DNA from: Clostridia bacterium
Lineage (GTDB): Bacteria; Bacillota; Clostridia; Oscillospirales; Acutalibacteraceae
DNA length: 64,000 bases
Direction of reading: 5' to 3'
NCBI GenBank assembly: GCA_017398485.1
Contig: JAFQFY010000075.1
Span: 8,768 to 72,767, forward strand
Position 1 is the first letter of the stretch. The number at the start of each line of letters is the position of its first letter. A program made the position numbers and the translations under genes. Below the pieces are notes generated by a model. The model made no database searches and was not told the DNA's origin. It worked only from the letters and a program-made list of their open reading frames with translations. Positions 62,913 to 64,000 of this stretch are shown here, in pieces.

Positions 62913-64000
62913 ATGACGGGAACACCCTTTATTCCGAACACGATCGTCGTGCATCTGGGCGCGCCGCAGTCCAATGCGGAAAACGTCTATGTGTCCTTCC
63001 CCGATTATATCAAAAACGTTGCCTCGGGCGAGATCTACCCGACCTGGCCGGAAGCGGCACTGCGCGCAAACATCTACGCACAGATCTCCTTTGCGCTCAA
63101 TCGCTATTACACCGAGTTCTACCGTAGCCAAGGCTACGATTTCGATATCACCAACAACACGCAGTTCGATCAATCCTTTTCTCCCGGTCGTGAGATCTAC
63201 GATTCCATCAGCCGCGTTGTCGACGATATTTTCAATTCCTACATCGTACAGGGAGATAATATCGAGCCGTATTTCACCCGTTACTGTAACGGTACCACCT
63301 CGACCTGCGACGGCTTATCCCAATGGGGTACCGTACCGCTCGCCGAGCAGGGACTCGGCGCCTACGACATTCTCACGCGCTTTTACGGTGACAACATCAA
63401 CATCGTCGAAAACGCGCCGATACGCAACGGACAGCCATCCTATCCGGGACGCGCGTTGCGCCTCGGGGATTCCGGCAACGATGTGCAGGCAAAGCAGATC
63501 CAGCTCAACCGCATCTCCACCAACTACCCGAGCATTCCGAAAATCAACCCGGCCGACGGCATCTTCGGTGTGGAGACCGAGGACGCCGTACGCGCGTTCC
63601 AGCGCATCTTCGATCTCACCGAGGACGGCATTATCGGCAACGCCACCTGGAACCGTCTGTCCTACATATTCAACGCCGTCAAGCGTTTGAGCGAACTGGA
63701 CAGCGAGGGGATCCGCTTCGAGGATCTGCCGCAGGAATACGACACCGAGCTGACTCTCGGCGACACGGGCCGCGAGGTGCTTGCCATACAATACTATCTC
63801 AATGTCATCGCCGCCTTTTACGACACCATCCCGCGCATCGTCATCAACGGCGTATACGACGAAGCGACCGACCAAGCGGTGCGCGCATACCAGACGCAGT
63901 TCGGTCTGCCGGGCGACGGCGTGCTTGACCGTGCCACCTGGCAGTCGATGGTCGACACCTATCGCAGTATCTTAGATACCTCACAGCTCATCGACGGCGG
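62913..64000 (+). CDS. peptidoglycan-binding-domain protein (partial, runs off the right edge; absent from the ORF track)
   Basis: My translation is open from ATG 62913 (AAAGGAGAG RBS) to the window end. Two PG_binding_1-like repeats ('LGDSGNDVQAKQIQLNRI...DGIFGVETEDAVRAFQ', 'LGDTGREVLAIQYYLN...NGVYDEATDQAVRAYQTQFGLPGDGVLDRATW'). Confidence 0.75.
   Translation, partial: MTGTPFIPNTIVVHLGAPQSNAENVYVSFPDYIKNVASGEIYPTWPEAALRANIYAQISFALNRYYTEFYRSQGYDFDITNNTQFDQSFSPGREIYDSISRVVDDIFNSYIVQGDNIEPYFTRYCNGTTSTCDGLSQWGTVPLAEQGLGAYDILTRFYGDNINIVENAPIRNGQPSYPGRALRLGDSGNDVQAKQIQLNRISTNYPSIPKINPADGIFGVETEDAVRAFQRIFDLTEDGIIGNATWNRLSYIFNAVKRLSELDSEGIRFEDLPQEYDTELTLGDTGREVLAIQYYLNVIAAFYDTIPRIVINGVYDEATDQAVRAYQTQFGLPGDGVLDRATWQSMVDTYRSILDTSQLIDG

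Noticed and set aside
1-64000. CRISPR arrays, tRNA/rRNA genes, IS elements or transposases, toxin-antitoxin pairs
   Set aside because: No spacer-repeat periodicity, no cloverleaf-like or rRNA-like untranslated stretches and no transposase or integrase-like ORFs were seen. The largest non-coding gaps are about 200-350 nt and are explained by promoters, leaders and terminators. tRNAscan, Infernal and repeat-finder runs would be the decisive checks.

Overview
GC-rich Firmicutes/Clostridia-type chromosomal segment, probably from a spore-former since spoIVA is present. The taxon is an inference from gene content and order. I call about 70 CDS. No rRNA, tRNA, CRISPR array, transposase or integrase was seen. 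The region from 33 to 62 kb lies almost entirely on the minus strand and is conserved housekeeping: efp, rpsU, leuS, rsfS, a nadD-yqeK fusion, yhbY, rdgB, ftsY, smc, rnc, acpP, plsX, trmFO, topA, dprA, rplT-rpmI-infC with an L20-leader-type attenuator, spoIVA and potABCD. The region from 0 to 18 kb holds a DD-carboxypeptidase, HtrA, a two-component system, hemW, zapA, a U32 peptidase, a GntR/ABC operon, a SufBC-like pair, trmL and a BlaI/BlaR1-like pair whose sensor domain is not PBP-like. The accessory block at 18.4-29.3 kb holds the two most unusual items. (i) A four-gene, translationally coupled operon encodes an HprK-like P-loop protein, a PqqD-type peptide-recognition protein, a TM-less S24/S26 peptidase and an ABC exporter. 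It has no cyclase, no radical-SAM enzyme and no visible precursor gene. (ii) Directly upstream on the same strand is a 7.3 kb phage-like operon containing only head-morphogenesis genes plus a holin: TerS, TerL, portal, scaffold and capsid. It has no tail, integrase, replication or endolysin genes. Every ORF is intact and tightly coupled. The operon is controlled by a consensus promoter overlapped by a GAAC-N4-GTTC LexA box and by a divergent CI-like autocleavable repressor. Many ORF-track entries are antisense or alternative-frame artefacts of the high GC content. Several true genes start well inside the listed ORFs, and I trimmed them using RBS position, the neighbouring gene's stop and homologue N-termini.
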